Made by a program: the position numbers and the translations under genes
The notes under the pieces: model-generated
Databases searched by the model: none
What the model was told of the DNA's origin: nothing
Seen by the model: only the letters and a program-made list of their open reading frames with translations
Assembly (NCBI GenBank): GCA_030445775.1
Contig: JASUTC010000001.1
Span: 28,914-92,913 of the forward strand
Length of the DNA stretch: 64,000 bases
Reading direction: 5' to 3'
Source of the DNA: Thermotogaceae bacterium
Lineage (GTDB): Bacteria; Thermotogota; Thermotogae; MWEM01
In this document: positions 1 through 9,656 of the stretch, piece after piece
How the letters are laid out: each line of letters starts with the position of its first letter
Numbering within the stretch: position 1 is the first letter of the stretch

Positions 1-1974
1 TTATAAAGGAGTAAATGAAGAATTTTTCCGATAAAAGCAACAACTGTTTTTCCCGTTTTTTTTCGCTTGGTACATGGCTTTGTCGGCCATTTTAATGAGT
101 GTTTTTGAATCAGAACCGTTTTCCGGAAATACAGCAACACCAATAGAGGCTTTAATTTTTATTTTATTATGGTTGATTGTTAAAGGTTGATTGAACAAAG
201 ACATGTACTTTTTGGTTAAAGTTCTCAGATCAGAATCATTTGCTACATTAAGTGCCATTAAAATAAATTCATCACCACCAATTCTGGCGAAAGTGTCACT
301 TTTTCTACGATTCTTTTCAAAACGCTGAGCAATTCTTTTGAGTAATTGATCACCCATATCATGTCCATATGTATCGTTTATGCTTTTAAAATTATCCAAA
401 TCAATAAAAAAAAGTGCAAAAGAATCCTCATTCCGTTCTGATCGCCTTGTTTCTTGAATTAATCTATCAATGAGTAATGTGCGATTGGGTAAACCAGTTA
501 ACGGATCAAAATTAGCCCGGTAAGCCAGTTTATCAGTTTCTTCTTTTTGCTTTGAAAAATTATTTATTGTCCCTATCAAATGTTGATCAACAGGATTTCC
601 TTTTTGGCTACGTATAATATTTTTACCCTGGTGCAACACCCAGACCCACTGATCGTCCTTTGTTATTAACCGGTATTGTATCTCAAAGGAAGCGCCAGCA
701 GTTGAACCTGCCTTTCTCAAATTAGAAATAAAGGATTTAAAATCATCTTTATGTATTAAGTCGCACCAAGAGCAAAACGAGCCATCAAATCCATCGATCG
801 CTATGTTGTTGTCTTTAAGCCACCGTTTATCTGTAAAAACCTTACCAATTGTTATATTCCATTCCCACAAACCTTTATCCGATGCCCAAAGAGCCAAATT
901 GAGTTTTTCTTTAACCTCTGATAACTTTTTGTTGCTTTCTATCAACTCTTTTTCTTTTTTTCTTAGCTCTACCGTTTTTTTGTTGACCATTTCTCGCAAT
1001 TCGATTATGTTATTTCTCATCTTTTGTTTTTCATAAGATGAAATTGTTATTTGATTCAGTTCAAAAGCCAGGGCAGCTGCCCCAAGCACATAAGCATTTG
1101 ATTTTAAAGGAGATACGTTTAAAGTAAAACTGTTTTTCAAAGGCGGAATCACTTTGTTGTTTGTATATTCTTTTAGTTTGGAAATATTTGGTTCTAATAA
1201 AGATGATAATTTCCCTCCTAATACCAAAGCATCCGGATTGATGAGGTTTACAGAAACAGCAAGACCTCTTGAGAGTTTCTCCAAGTATCTGTCAAAAATT
1301 TGCCCTTCTTCGGATGAACCAGACGCCACTCGCCTGAAAAAATCTTCTAAAACAAATGGCTTGTTTAAAGTTTGCCTTTCCTCATACAATTGTTTTAAAC
1401 CCTCAATCGATACATAGGTTTCAAGACAGCCCCTGTTACCACAATAGCATCTTCTTCCTTCAGGTTCAACGATTATGTGGCCAATTTCACCGCTAGCGTT
1501 ATCTTTTCCGGTTAATAGTTGATTATTACTAACAATCCCTCCACCAACACCAGTACCAAGGGTAATCAGCATGAAATTTTGCATGTTTTTTCCAAGCCCA
1601 AACCATTTTTCTCCCAGCGTTGCAGCACTGGCATCGTTTTCAATCACAATATTAAAGCCGGTTTTGGATTTGATTGGGGTCTTTAAATCAACATTTTTCC
1701 AGTTAGAAAACTGGGGTATATATTTAATAATACTATTTTCTCTGTCTAATGTCCCAGGAAAACTAATACCGACAACATCAGAAATTTCACTGCCTTCTTT
1801 AAACGCAATCTCTTTATATTCTGAGATCACACTACAAATTTGCTCAATCGCTCTTTTTGGACTATCGGATAGATAGGAAAGTTTCCATATTTCATCAAAA
1901 ATCTCACCATTTTCATCTACCAAAGCCCCTTTTATTTGATTTCTTCCAATACCAATTCCAATTGTCCTCACCAA
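1..1974 (-). CDS. ROK-domain / PAS / GGDEF fusion, putative sugar-sensing diguanylate cyclase
   Basis: N-terminal ROK fold (ENDA, TLGTGVGGG, GEIGH, CYCGNRGCLE zinc motif), coiled-coil linker, PAS_3-like region (GLWEWN...IHKDD...YRLITKDDQWVW) and C-terminal GGDEF domain (DPLTGLPNR, DLDNFKSIND, RKSD...RIGGDEF). TAA stop at 1-3, so the gene is complete. Confidence 0.92.
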   Translation of the reverse strand: MVRTIGIGIGRNQIKGALVDENGEIFDEIWKLSYLSDSPKRAIEQICSVISEYKEIAFKEGSEISDVVGISFPGTLDRENSIIKYIPQFSNWKNVDLKTPIKSKTGFNIVIENDASAATLGEKWFGLGKNMQNFMLITLGTGVGGGIVSNNQLLTGKDNASGEIGHIIVEPEGRRCYCGNRGCLETYVSIEGLKQLYEERQTLNKPFVLEDFFRRVASGSSEEGQIFDRYLEKLSRGLAVSVNLINPDALVLGGKLSSLLEPNISKLKEYTNNKVIPPLKNSFTLNVSPLKSNAYVLGAAALAFELNQITISSYEKQKMRNNIIELREMVNKKTVELRKKEKELIESNKKLSEVKEKLNLALWASDKGLWEWNITIGKVFTDKRWLKDNNIAIDGFDGSFCSWCDLIHKDDFKSFISNLRKAGSTAGASFEIQYRLITKDDQWVWVLHQGKNIIRSQKGNPVDQHLIGTINNFSKQKEETDKLAYRANFDPLTGLPNRTLLIDRLIQETRRSERNEDSFALFFIDLDNFKSINDTYGHDMGDQLLKRIAQRFEKNRRKSDTFARIGGDEFILMALNVANDSDLRTLTKKYMSLFNQPLTINHNKIKIKASIGVAVFPENGSDSKTLIKMADKAMYQAKKNGKNSCCFYRKNSSFTPL

Positions 1975-2001
1975 ACCAACACCTTAACCTTTTTTAAATA
2001 A

Positions 2002-2010
2002 ATTATAACA
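2002..2010 (-). promoter_or_regulatory. Extended -10 promoter element (TGnTATAAT) for the ROK-PAS-GGDEF gene
   Basis: Minus strand reads TGTTATAAT about 28 nt upstream of the start codon. Confidence 0.55.
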
Positions 2011-2110
2011 TGAATCATTAGCACAGCTAATAAAGAAGCCACAAGTTTTACATTATCTTTGGGCATACTAGTTTGATTTGACTCATGGTTGTATTATCTC
2101 GATAATGATT

Positions 2111-4630
2111 TTAATCTGTTAGAAAATCAAACAATGAACGTACATGTATTGATTGATCACTAATCTCACCATCATATCGAAAATGTACGACTTTTTTTTC
2201 TCCTGAGAAACTAAAATAATTATCACTGAAAATCAAGTCTTCTGTTGATTCAATCAAACAGTATAAGACTGGTTTGTCGGCTTGGATAATGAGTGAATTT
2301 TTGTTTTCTTCTTTTTCTATTTTATATTTGATTGTTGGTTTTAAAAGGGACAGATTCTTGGGTGGGGTAAATAATTTGAAACCTTCTGAAACGCATTTAT
2401 CAGATTGATCAAATGCTTTGAAAAAGAGAATGGTGTTTTTAGAATCTATCCCAATATCTTTAAAATTTACCCTCTCCACTACTGATGAAAAGAGTCCGGA
2501 AGCATAAAGACTCCCTTCTTTTTGATATAGAATTTCACCTGTTAGATCCATCAATTTAAACGCATACCTACCGTTGAACTTCACCGGTAAATCATTACAA
2601 AACCAGATCTCAAAAAACTCCGGTGTTTCATGTGCATTGATATAAAAAGGATTGTAAAATCTTTTAGCAAAGTAATGTAAAGCCTTCCATCGACCATAAT
2701 AATCAATAGAAGACCAACTTGCAACAGGCCAGCAATCGTTAATTTGCCAATAAAGAGCACCCATACAATGACAATTATTCCTATTTCTTCTCCAATGTTC
2801 TACACCATATTCCATAGCTTCAGCTTGTGTTATTTGTGATAGTATGACTTGTTTTTCAAAAGACTGTGGAATCTTAAATCGTTTCTCCATATAATCATAT
2901 ATCTTTTGATTACCTGCCGGATTCTTTTGATGATTTTCCATGATTTTGCTGTCATAATACATTTGATTCGTTTTGCAGAAACTTTTTATGGTTTTAATAT
3001 CTGGAAAAGATTCAAATCCAAATTCCGACATAAACCTTGAATCAAATGTTCTATATGATTCCAGCGGAAAGCCTTCATGCCATACTTTCCAATAATGTGA
3101 ATCTCCGTAATTTGGTGATTGTGGATCTTGAAAACTGCCACCAGAAGATGGAGAACTAGGCCAATAAGGACGAAAAGGATCATAATCTTTAATTAATTGC
3201 GGAAGGGTTTCTTCAAACAATTTTATATAAAATGATTTGTACTGTGGAACGAATTGATCGAATCCCCAATACAACCATCCTTCCTCAATTTCGTTATTAC
3301 CAACCCAAATTGCAAGAGAAGGGTGGTTTCTTAAACGTTTGATGTTGTCAATCGCTTCTTTAATAACAGATTCTTCAAAGCCGCTGTAATCCGGAGTTGG
3401 TCTACATGCAAAAGCAAAGTCCTGCCAAACTAATAACCCTTTCTCGTCACAATAATGATAAAAGGCATCTTCTTCATAAATGCCACCCCCCCAGACTCTT
3501 ATCATGTTCATATTTGCCTGAACACAGGCATCAAGTATTTTTTTATAAGTCTTTTTTCGTGTTCCCCTTGTTAAAAATGAATCTGTTGGCACCCAGTTTC
3601 CACCTTTTGCAAAAACAGGAATTTTATTTAATTCAAAATAAAAGGTTTCGCCCCATCTGTCTTCTTTTCTAATTAAACAAATCTCACGAATGCCAAAATG
3701 AGTTGAATATTCATCCAACAATTGTTCTCCATCAAAAAGTTTGACTATTAGACGGTAAAGGTTTGGTTTTCCAAGATCATGACTCCACCATAATTTAGGG
3801 TTTTTAATCATTAGTTTTTTTTCTGTACCCATTTTCATTGAATCAATTTTCTCTGAATGTAACAGAACTTCTCCATCAAAGATCTGATAAAGAATCGTTT
3901 TATCCCCATTTTCACGAAAATCCTCAAGCTCCGTTTCCAAGGTTATTTCTGCTTCTTTCGCAGTTGGCCTGCCATTACCATCTCCAATAATAAATTCTAT
4001 TTCTGTTTGAACTTGAACTGACCTAATATAAGAGTCATTAAATGCATGGAGCTCAACTGTTCTCCAAATACCCGAATCGGGAAGTTTAGGACCCCAATCC
4101 CAGCCAAATGAATAATAAGCCTTCCTTAACATTTCCACACCGGGTATTGCGAATGGGAGATGATATTTGCTCTTTGAATCAATACTCAATCCGGATTGTT
4201 TGAGCTTTTCTTGAGCCTCTTTAACAGGACTTCTAAATCTAATAGTTAATTTGTTGTCTCCCTCTTCTAAAAAAGAATATTCCTTGGTTTTGATATAAAC
4301 CTCGTAGGTTCGGTGCATATTTTCTCCAAAAAGGATTACCCGATCATTTAAAATCACTTGACAATAAGTATCCAGTCCGTTAAATCTTAACATGCAGTAA
4401 TCTTTTTCCACTATCTCCTTACTAAAACTTATAATTGTAGAATATTCCCAATCAGTCTCATAAACCCATTGACAGTCTTTTTCATTTATCCCGTAAAAAG
4501 GGTCCTTAATAACATTGTTTTCAAGTAGTGTTTCGTACACACTACCCGGAACTTTTGCTTTATATTTTTTGTTTTCTTCAACTTCCTTTAAACTCCAATT
4601 GCGATTTAATTCTTTAACAATATGTTCCAT
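2111..4630 (-). CDS. Beta-mannosidase, glycoside hydrolase family 2
   Basis: FGWDWGP, NMIRVWGGG, WVGNNE (acid/base), RFMSEFG (nucleophile), WQINDCWP motifs; 839 aa; no signal peptide evident. Confidence 0.9.
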   Translation of the reverse strand: MEHIVKELNRNWSLKEVEENKKYKAKVPGSVYETLLENNVIKDPFYGINEKDCQWVYETDWEYSTIISFSKEIVEKDYCMLRFNGLDTYCQVILNDRVILFGENMHRTYEVYIKTKEYSFLEEGDNKLTIRFRSPVKEAQEKLKQSGLSIDSKSKYHLPFAIPGVEMLRKAYYSFGWDWGPKLPDSGIWRTVELHAFNDSYIRSVQVQTEIEFIIGDGNGRPTAKEAEITLETELEDFRENGDKTILYQIFDGEVLLHSEKIDSMKMGTEKKLMIKNPKLWWSHDLGKPNLYRLIVKLFDGEQLLDEYSTHFGIREICLIRKEDRWGETFYFELNKIPVFAKGGNWVPTDSFLTRGTRKKTYKKILDACVQANMNMIRVWGGGIYEEDAFYHYCDEKGLLVWQDFAFACRPTPDYSGFEESVIKEAIDNIKRLRNHPSLAIWVGNNEIEEGWLYWGFDQFVPQYKSFYIKLFEETLPQLIKDYDPFRPYWPSSPSSGGSFQDPQSPNYGDSHYWKVWHEGFPLESYRTFDSRFMSEFGFESFPDIKTIKSFCKTNQMYYDSKIMENHQKNPAGNQKIYDYMEKRFKIPQSFEKQVILSQITQAEAMEYGVEHWRRNRNNCHCMGALYWQINDCWPVASWSSIDYYGRWKALHYFAKRFYNPFYINAHETPEFFEIWFCNDLPVKFNGRYAFKLMDLTGEILYQKEGSLYASGLFSSVVERVNFKDIGIDSKNTILFFKAFDQSDKCVSEGFKLFTPPKNLSLLKPTIKYKIEKEENKNSLIIQADKPVLYCLIESTEDLIFSDNYFSFSGEKKVVHFRYDGEISDQSIHVRSLFDFLTD

Positions 4631-4680
4631 AACATTTACTCACCTCAAAAAAGCTCTTCTATAGATCGTTAATAAACTTT

Positions 4681-6408
4681 TTAAAAGATCGCAGGTACAA
4701 ATTCAAAGGTATTGATATCAATCAAACCAAGATTAGTAATCTTTAACTCCGGAATCACTTCCAGTTGAACAAAGGACAGTGCCATAAAAGGGTTGTCAAT
4801 CGTACAACCAAGCTTTTCTTTAACCGCCCTAAGTAACTTATTTTGCTTTTTTAATACATCTTCAAGTGACTCAGTTGACATTAAACCGGCTATCGATAGG
4901 GGTAAGGAGGCAATAACTTTTCCGTTTAAAGCAACGGACATACCGCCTTTGTTTTTTATTACATTGTTCACAGCACATTCCATATCTCTATCATCCTTTC
5001 CGGTAACGGAAATATTATGAGAATCATGTCCTACGGATAACGCTAGTGCTCCTCTTTTCATACCGGTACCGGTTATAAAACCCAAGGCAAATTGCTTTTT
5101 ATCAGTATATCGATTAACAATGCATATCTTGGCAAAATCAATCTGAGAACAATCCGGTTCACCATTAACAACTTTTGTGGTTTCAATGACTTCTTTGGTT
5201 AAAACAGAATCACCAAATACCTTTATTGCCCGGATATTGACTTTGTCTTGTTTAAGTTTGAACAAAAAATCATCAGCTTGATAATAGGGGCAATTCACGG
5301 TGTTGATCACTTCTTTAAAATTCGTTAATGATGGTGGGAACTTTGCAACACATTGGCCTTTTTCAGCTACAATTTTGGCATCTTTGATGACCATCTCAGG
5401 GTAAAAATGATTCAAATCAGATACCACTACCATATCTGCTTTATAACCTGGTGCGATTGCTCCCATACTGCGCAAACCATAATGCCTGGCTGTATTTATG
5501 GATCCGATTCTTAAAGCTGTTATGGGATCAACCCCTTTTTCGATGCTGATTCGAATCATTTCATCTATATCACCATTTACGATATCTTCCGGATGTTTAT
5601 CATCTGTACAATACGAGAGATAGGGTTGGGTTTTTTCATTTACGATGGGAAGAAGATTTTCCAAATCTTTTTCACCGCTTCCATACCTCATCAAAACTTG
5701 CATTCCACAAGATAATTTTTCATATGCTTCATCTGCAGTTGTACTTTCATGATCCGATTTAATAAAAGCTGCCGAATAAGCATTTAAATCTTTACCTGTA
5801 AGACCGGGAGCGTGTCCATCAATTTTTTTATATTTATGTCTGAATAATTCAATCATGGTTAAGAGATTTTCATCTTGATTTAAAATCCCCGGATAATTCA
5901 TAACTTCGCCCAAACCAAGTACACGAGGGTGTTTTTCTATAAAGCCGATCATATCCATTACTTTGACTTTTGCACCGTTTGTTTCCATATTTGTCGCCGG
6001 AACACAGGAAGGCAGCATGAAATAAATATTTAATGGAATCCCTTCAGTGTAATTCAAAAAGAATTCCACTCCCTTCAATCCCATCACATTTGCTATCTCA
6101 TGAGGATCCGCAATGACCGTTGTTGTTCCCCTTGCTAAAACAGCCTTCGCGAATTCCCTTGGTTCCAACATTGTGCTTTCAATATGCAAATGTGCATTAA
6201 TTAGTCCGGGAACCAGAAATTTCCCCTCTAAATCAATGACCTTTTTACCTTTTTTATAATCACCGATACCGGCGATACGTTTCTGAAAAATTGCTACGTT
6301 TGTCTCTTTTATATCTCCTGAAAAAACGTTGACAACTTTTGCGTTCTTGATTAGAAGATCTGCCGTTTGTTCCCCTTTTGCTACAGGAATAATATCAATC
6401 GCCCTCAT
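4681..6408 (-). CDS. ade: Adenine deaminase
   Basis: HLHIES, DPHEIANV, GEVMN, DGHAP, DHE, TDD and GHDSHN motifs; 575 aa. Confidence 0.93.
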   Translation of the reverse strand: MRAIDIIPVAKGEQTADLLIKNAKVVNVFSGDIKETNVAIFQKRIAGIGDYKKGKKVIDLEGKFLVPGLINAHLHIESTMLEPREFAKAVLARGTTTVIADPHEIANVMGLKGVEFFLNYTEGIPLNIYFMLPSCVPATNMETNGAKVKVMDMIGFIEKHPRVLGLGEVMNYPGILNQDENLLTMIELFRHKYKKIDGHAPGLTGKDLNAYSAAFIKSDHESTTADEAYEKLSCGMQVLMRYGSGEKDLENLLPIVNEKTQPYLSYCTDDKHPEDIVNGDIDEMIRISIEKGVDPITALRIGSINTARHYGLRSMGAIAPGYKADMVVVSDLNHFYPEMVIKDAKIVAEKGQCVAKFPPSLTNFKEVINTVNCPYYQADDFLFKLKQDKVNIRAIKVFGDSVLTKEVIETTKVVNGEPDCSQIDFAKICIVNRYTDKKQFALGFITGTGMKRGALALSVGHDSHNISVTGKDDRDMECAVNNVIKNKGGMSVALNGKVIASLPLSIAGLMSTESLEDVLKKQNKLLRAVKEKLGCTIDNPFMALSFVQLEVIPELKITNLGLIDINTFEFVPAIF

Positions 6409-7339
6409 TTTCGCTCCGCTCCTTTTTTATTGATTTTTTGATAGAAATACCAAATCTTTCTTCCTCAATATTACCCATCGGTTCTATGTGAATTAGAACG
6501 TCATAAATGTTGTCAATTCTTTTTTTAATTGTTTTTTCCACTTCTTTAGCAATCTCATGGCCTTGGTATACACTCAAATTACCGGAAACTTCAATATCAA
6601 GATCCACAATGAAATAGGATCCAATCTTTCTTATTCTTACCCTGTGAGGATTATGTGCATTTTCAATGGATGAAATCACTTCAAACAATTTTGCATAAAT
6701 TATCGTATCATTAATACCTTCCATTAATTCGTTATTCTCTTCCCAAAAAATTTGAATGGCAACTTTTATGATCCAACCACCGATAAATAAGGCAATAAGC
6801 TTATCAAAAAAAGGATACTGAAAGATAGAAGTCAAAACCAATCCAATTAAAACACTAATTGATAAAACGATATCGTTTCTCATGTTTTTTGCATCAGCAA
6901 TGAGCATGGAACTATTTTCTTTTCTTCCGATATTGTATTTGTAATAAGACAAGAATATTTTGATTGCTATTGAGATCAAAGTAACATAAATCGCAATCAA
7001 TCCTGGAATGCCAGACATTTTACCACTAATAATATCTTGAACAGATGTTGTGATTAGTTGTATCCCTGCATAAAAAATGATAAAAGAAAGTATTCGTGTT
7101 GCAATGGTTTCAGCTCTTCCATGACCATAAGGATGATTTTCATCGGGAGGTTTATCGATTATATTTGAAACCCATAATGTTAAAAGAGAAGTCAAAATAT
7201 CAGTAGCGCTATCTACTCCATCACCGATAACAGCTAAGCTTCCGGTTTTAAAACCTGTGAAAATCTTTATAATTGCAAGAAACAGATTCCCGTAAAAGCC
7301 GACCCAAGATGCCTTTTTGATGTTTTTTATTCGACTCAA
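6395..7339 (-). CDS. Cation diffusion facilitator family transporter (FieF-like)
   Basis: HPYGHGRAE motif, about six hydrophobic segments, C-terminal dimerisation domain ending IHIEP. Confidence 0.9.
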   Translation of the reverse strand: MSRIKNIKKASWVGFYGNLFLAIIKIFTGFKTGSLAVIGDGVDSATDILTSLLTLWVSNIIDKPPDENHPYGHGRAETIATRILSFIIFYAGIQLITTSVQDIISGKMSGIPGLIAIYVTLISIAIKIFLSYYKYNIGRKENSSMLIADAKNMRNDIVLSISVLIGLVLTSIFQYPFFDKLIALFIGGWIIKVAIQIFWEENNELMEGINDTIIYAKLFEVISSIENAHNPHRVRIRKIGSYFIVDLDIEVSGNLSVYQGHEIAKEVEKTIKKRIDNIYDVLIHIEPMGNIEEERFGISIKKSIKKERSENEGD

Positions 7340-7427
7340 TCCATCACCCCGATTTCTATTAACTATTTACTTATTGTACATTAAATCCTCTATTTTTTAC
7401 AACTCTTTTTATCAAATTTTATAAAAA

Positions 7428-7457
7428 TTGCCTCATCTGCCAAGTTAATGGTATAAT
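7428..7457 (+). promoter_or_regulatory. Sigma70-type promoter of hup
   Basis: TTGCCT (7428-7433), 18-nt spacer, TGgTATAAT extended -10 ending at 7457. Confidence 0.6.
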
Positions 7458-7516
7458 CAGCTTGTAAGGGGGAAAGTTTTTCCTGACAACAAAATTAAAC
7501 ATTGGGAGGTCATGTT

Positions 7517-7789
7517 ATGAATAAACTTCAATTGGTTAAAGCACTAGCGGAATCAAACGATACCACACAAAAACAATCCGAACAATTCTTGAACAGTTTA
7601 ATTAAAACAATTGTTGATGAATTATCGGATAGCGGTGAGGTTAAACTGGTAGGTTTTGGAACTTTTAAGACAAAGATTAACGAGGCAAGAAAAGGAATTA
7701 ATCCCCAAACAAAGAAAGAAATAAAGATTCCCAAAAAAAGAGTTCCTAAATTTGTAGCCGGAAAAGACCTAAAAGAAAAAGTAAAATAA
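7517..7789 (+). CDS. hup: Histone-like DNA-binding protein HU
   Basis: MNKLQLV...GFGTF...RKGINPQT...PKFVAGKDLKEKVK; GGAGG RBS upstream of the ATG at 7517 (ORF-track TTG at 7502 overlaps the RBS). Confidence 0.95.
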   Translation: MNKLQLVKALAESNDTTQKQSEQFLNSLIKTIVDELSDSGEVKLVGFGTFKTKINEARKGINPQTKKEIKIPKKRVPKFVAGKDLKEKVK

Positions 7790-7795
7790 TTGTTT

Positions 7796-7825
7796 AAAAA
7801 AGAGGCGTAGGAGCCTCTTTTTTTT
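7796..7825 (+). terminator. Intrinsic terminator after hup (possibly bidirectional)
   Basis: AAAAAAGAGGC-GTAGGA-GCCTCTTTTTTTT hairpin with a T tract. Confidence 0.85.
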
Positions 7826-7971
7826 AACCCTTTATTGAGATATATGAGTTTTTTCGACTATTTTTTGACCTTTAATAATTTTTCCCCTGAAACGAACCTC
7901 ATGATATTAGTTTTCAATACTTTTCTCATAAAGAATGCTTGATCTCAATTGTATCTTTCTGAATGATTCTA

Positions 7972-7997
7972 AAAAACCTTCTGTGAAGAGGGTTTTT
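7972..7997. terminator. Terminator-like hairpin with no assigned gene
   Basis: AAAAACCTTCT-GTGA-AGAGGGTTTTT imperfect stem flanked by A/T tracts. Confidence 0.5.
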
Positions 7998-8015
7998 ATT
8001 TACAATATCTTGATC

Positions 8016-8054
8016 AAAAAACTCGTCGAAAATCCCAAATTATCAACGAGTTTT
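8016..8054 (-). terminator. Intrinsic terminator after the ABC permease
   Basis: Minus strand AAAACTCGTTGA...TCGACGAGTTTTTT just downstream of the stop at 8066. Confidence 0.65.
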
Positions 8055-8065
8055 CTACATGTTAT

Positions 8066-9656
8066 TTAGAGATGGTCCTTTTTCAACATGTTTTGAACAC
8101 CTTTTTTGGCCACTGGGTAGGCAATCAGGATTCCACTGAAGCAAATAATGAGAAGAATCATCACCATTTGATTTCCTGTTAAATTGTTTCTTAACAAATA
8201 ACCCAGGTATCCCAATATCCCTGCAAAACCAAATACAATAAGGATTGAATACAATCCGTTGATATTCTGCTTCATTGCCTTTTGAGGATTATCCCAGGTT
8301 AGATATGGAAAAGCTGCATCCAGTGTTATTTGAAGAAGATTGAGGAATAAAACCAACAGTTCTGCAACCATAAAGATAATCACAGCTTGCAAAAGAGTAA
8401 CCTGAAAGAGCAAAATCAAAATAATGGCAATCGATAGTGGTCCGACAGTACTCATGATCATAACATGAAGTAGTTTTATCTTAAAAACCGTATTTGCTTC
8501 AACTGGTAAAACCTTTAATTCCGCCAACATTTTCCCTTCACGACTAAAGATTGTTGAAGCAAGCATATTCATCGCTCCAACGATTGTTCCAAGAAGAATA
8601 CCTGCGGGAATTATATATTCTTTGGCGTTGTTAATGAAATCAAATATTTGCTGAAATTCCGGGTTGTTTGTTGCAAACGAAAAGATTACAATCAGTACCG
8701 GAAAAACGATCTGAGGAATGTTCAAATATTAATTGATTCGCTTTGCCCTCTTTTCCATTGTAATGGTCCTGAAATTTTAAATAAGTTTTATAGTACGTTT
8801 TCTCACCAATAAATAGTGCGAAATAAAAACCGGTGACGTGCATCAAGATGAATAAGAACAGCCATAATACTCTCTGAAATCCTTCACCGATAAGCGCCTT
8901 CACACCAATTGAAGCAGGGGGATAGTCTTTTCCCGCCTGAGAAATCAGACCTTGCGGATTTGAAAGCATTTCAATCATCTTCTCTTCCGATAATTGATAA
9001 CCGGCCAAATCATTAGTGGCATAAAATTGAAATCCGATAACCACAACCACAAGCAAAATACTCATGAAATAGATTAAAAAATCCTTATACTTTCCGAAAT
9101 TGATGTATCTTGAAATGGGCAACAAAACAATCATCTGAATAATAACAGGAAACGCCTGTGAAAATACCAATACGAAAACCATCGTTATCCAGTAGATAAT
9201 GTCTGCTCCTGTTTTTACCCCGAATATCACTAGTGGTGGCAAAAGAAAAAGCAAAGAAATCCACAATAAATCAATCATGACTAAAAAGGACTTAGCACCA
9301 AGTATCTCTTTTGGCTTTAAAGGTAATGACATCAGCAGATTGAGATCTTTTGTGAAAAAAAATTCATTGATAACTAAGTAGATTCCCAAAAAAAAGCCAA
9401 ACATACCCGTTATCAAAATAGCGTTGTTTAAGAATAAACCCTCCAATCCTACCTGCCTGTATTGATCAATCATCATACCCTGGAGTTTGACAAACAGGGG
9501 TCCAATAAAAATAAACAAAAAACCAAACACACCTAACAGCAGAAAAAACTCCCACAATCTTTTTTTTTCTTTGAAATATTGAACCCTTTTTTTAGATAAA
9601 CCGTAATGAGCATTAATAAGCGTCAAGATAAGAGAAATCATCTTGTTCTGCTTCAC
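8066..9656 (-). pseudogene. ABC-2 type transporter permease split into two frames (8640-9656 and 8066-8725)
   Basis: Both halves are polytopic membrane segments with the repeated LxxLP motif (LMSLPLKPKEIL; LKVLPVEANTVF). The N-terminal frame runs into a non-hydrophobic tail after about 8750. The second frame starts TTG with no RBS, with an in-frame TAA two codons upstream. Confidence 0.6.

Noticed and set aside
803..1876. Short plus-strand ORFs opposite the ROK-PAS-GGDEF gene (and similar 60-144 aa shadows throughout the window)
   Set aside because: They lie within strongly supported genes, on the opposite strand or in another frame, and have no motifs or RBS.
1975..2110. Possible c-di-GMP or other riboswitch upstream of the cyclase
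   Set aside because: No recognisable aptamer motifs or terminator, and the likely promoter lies only about 28 nt from the start.
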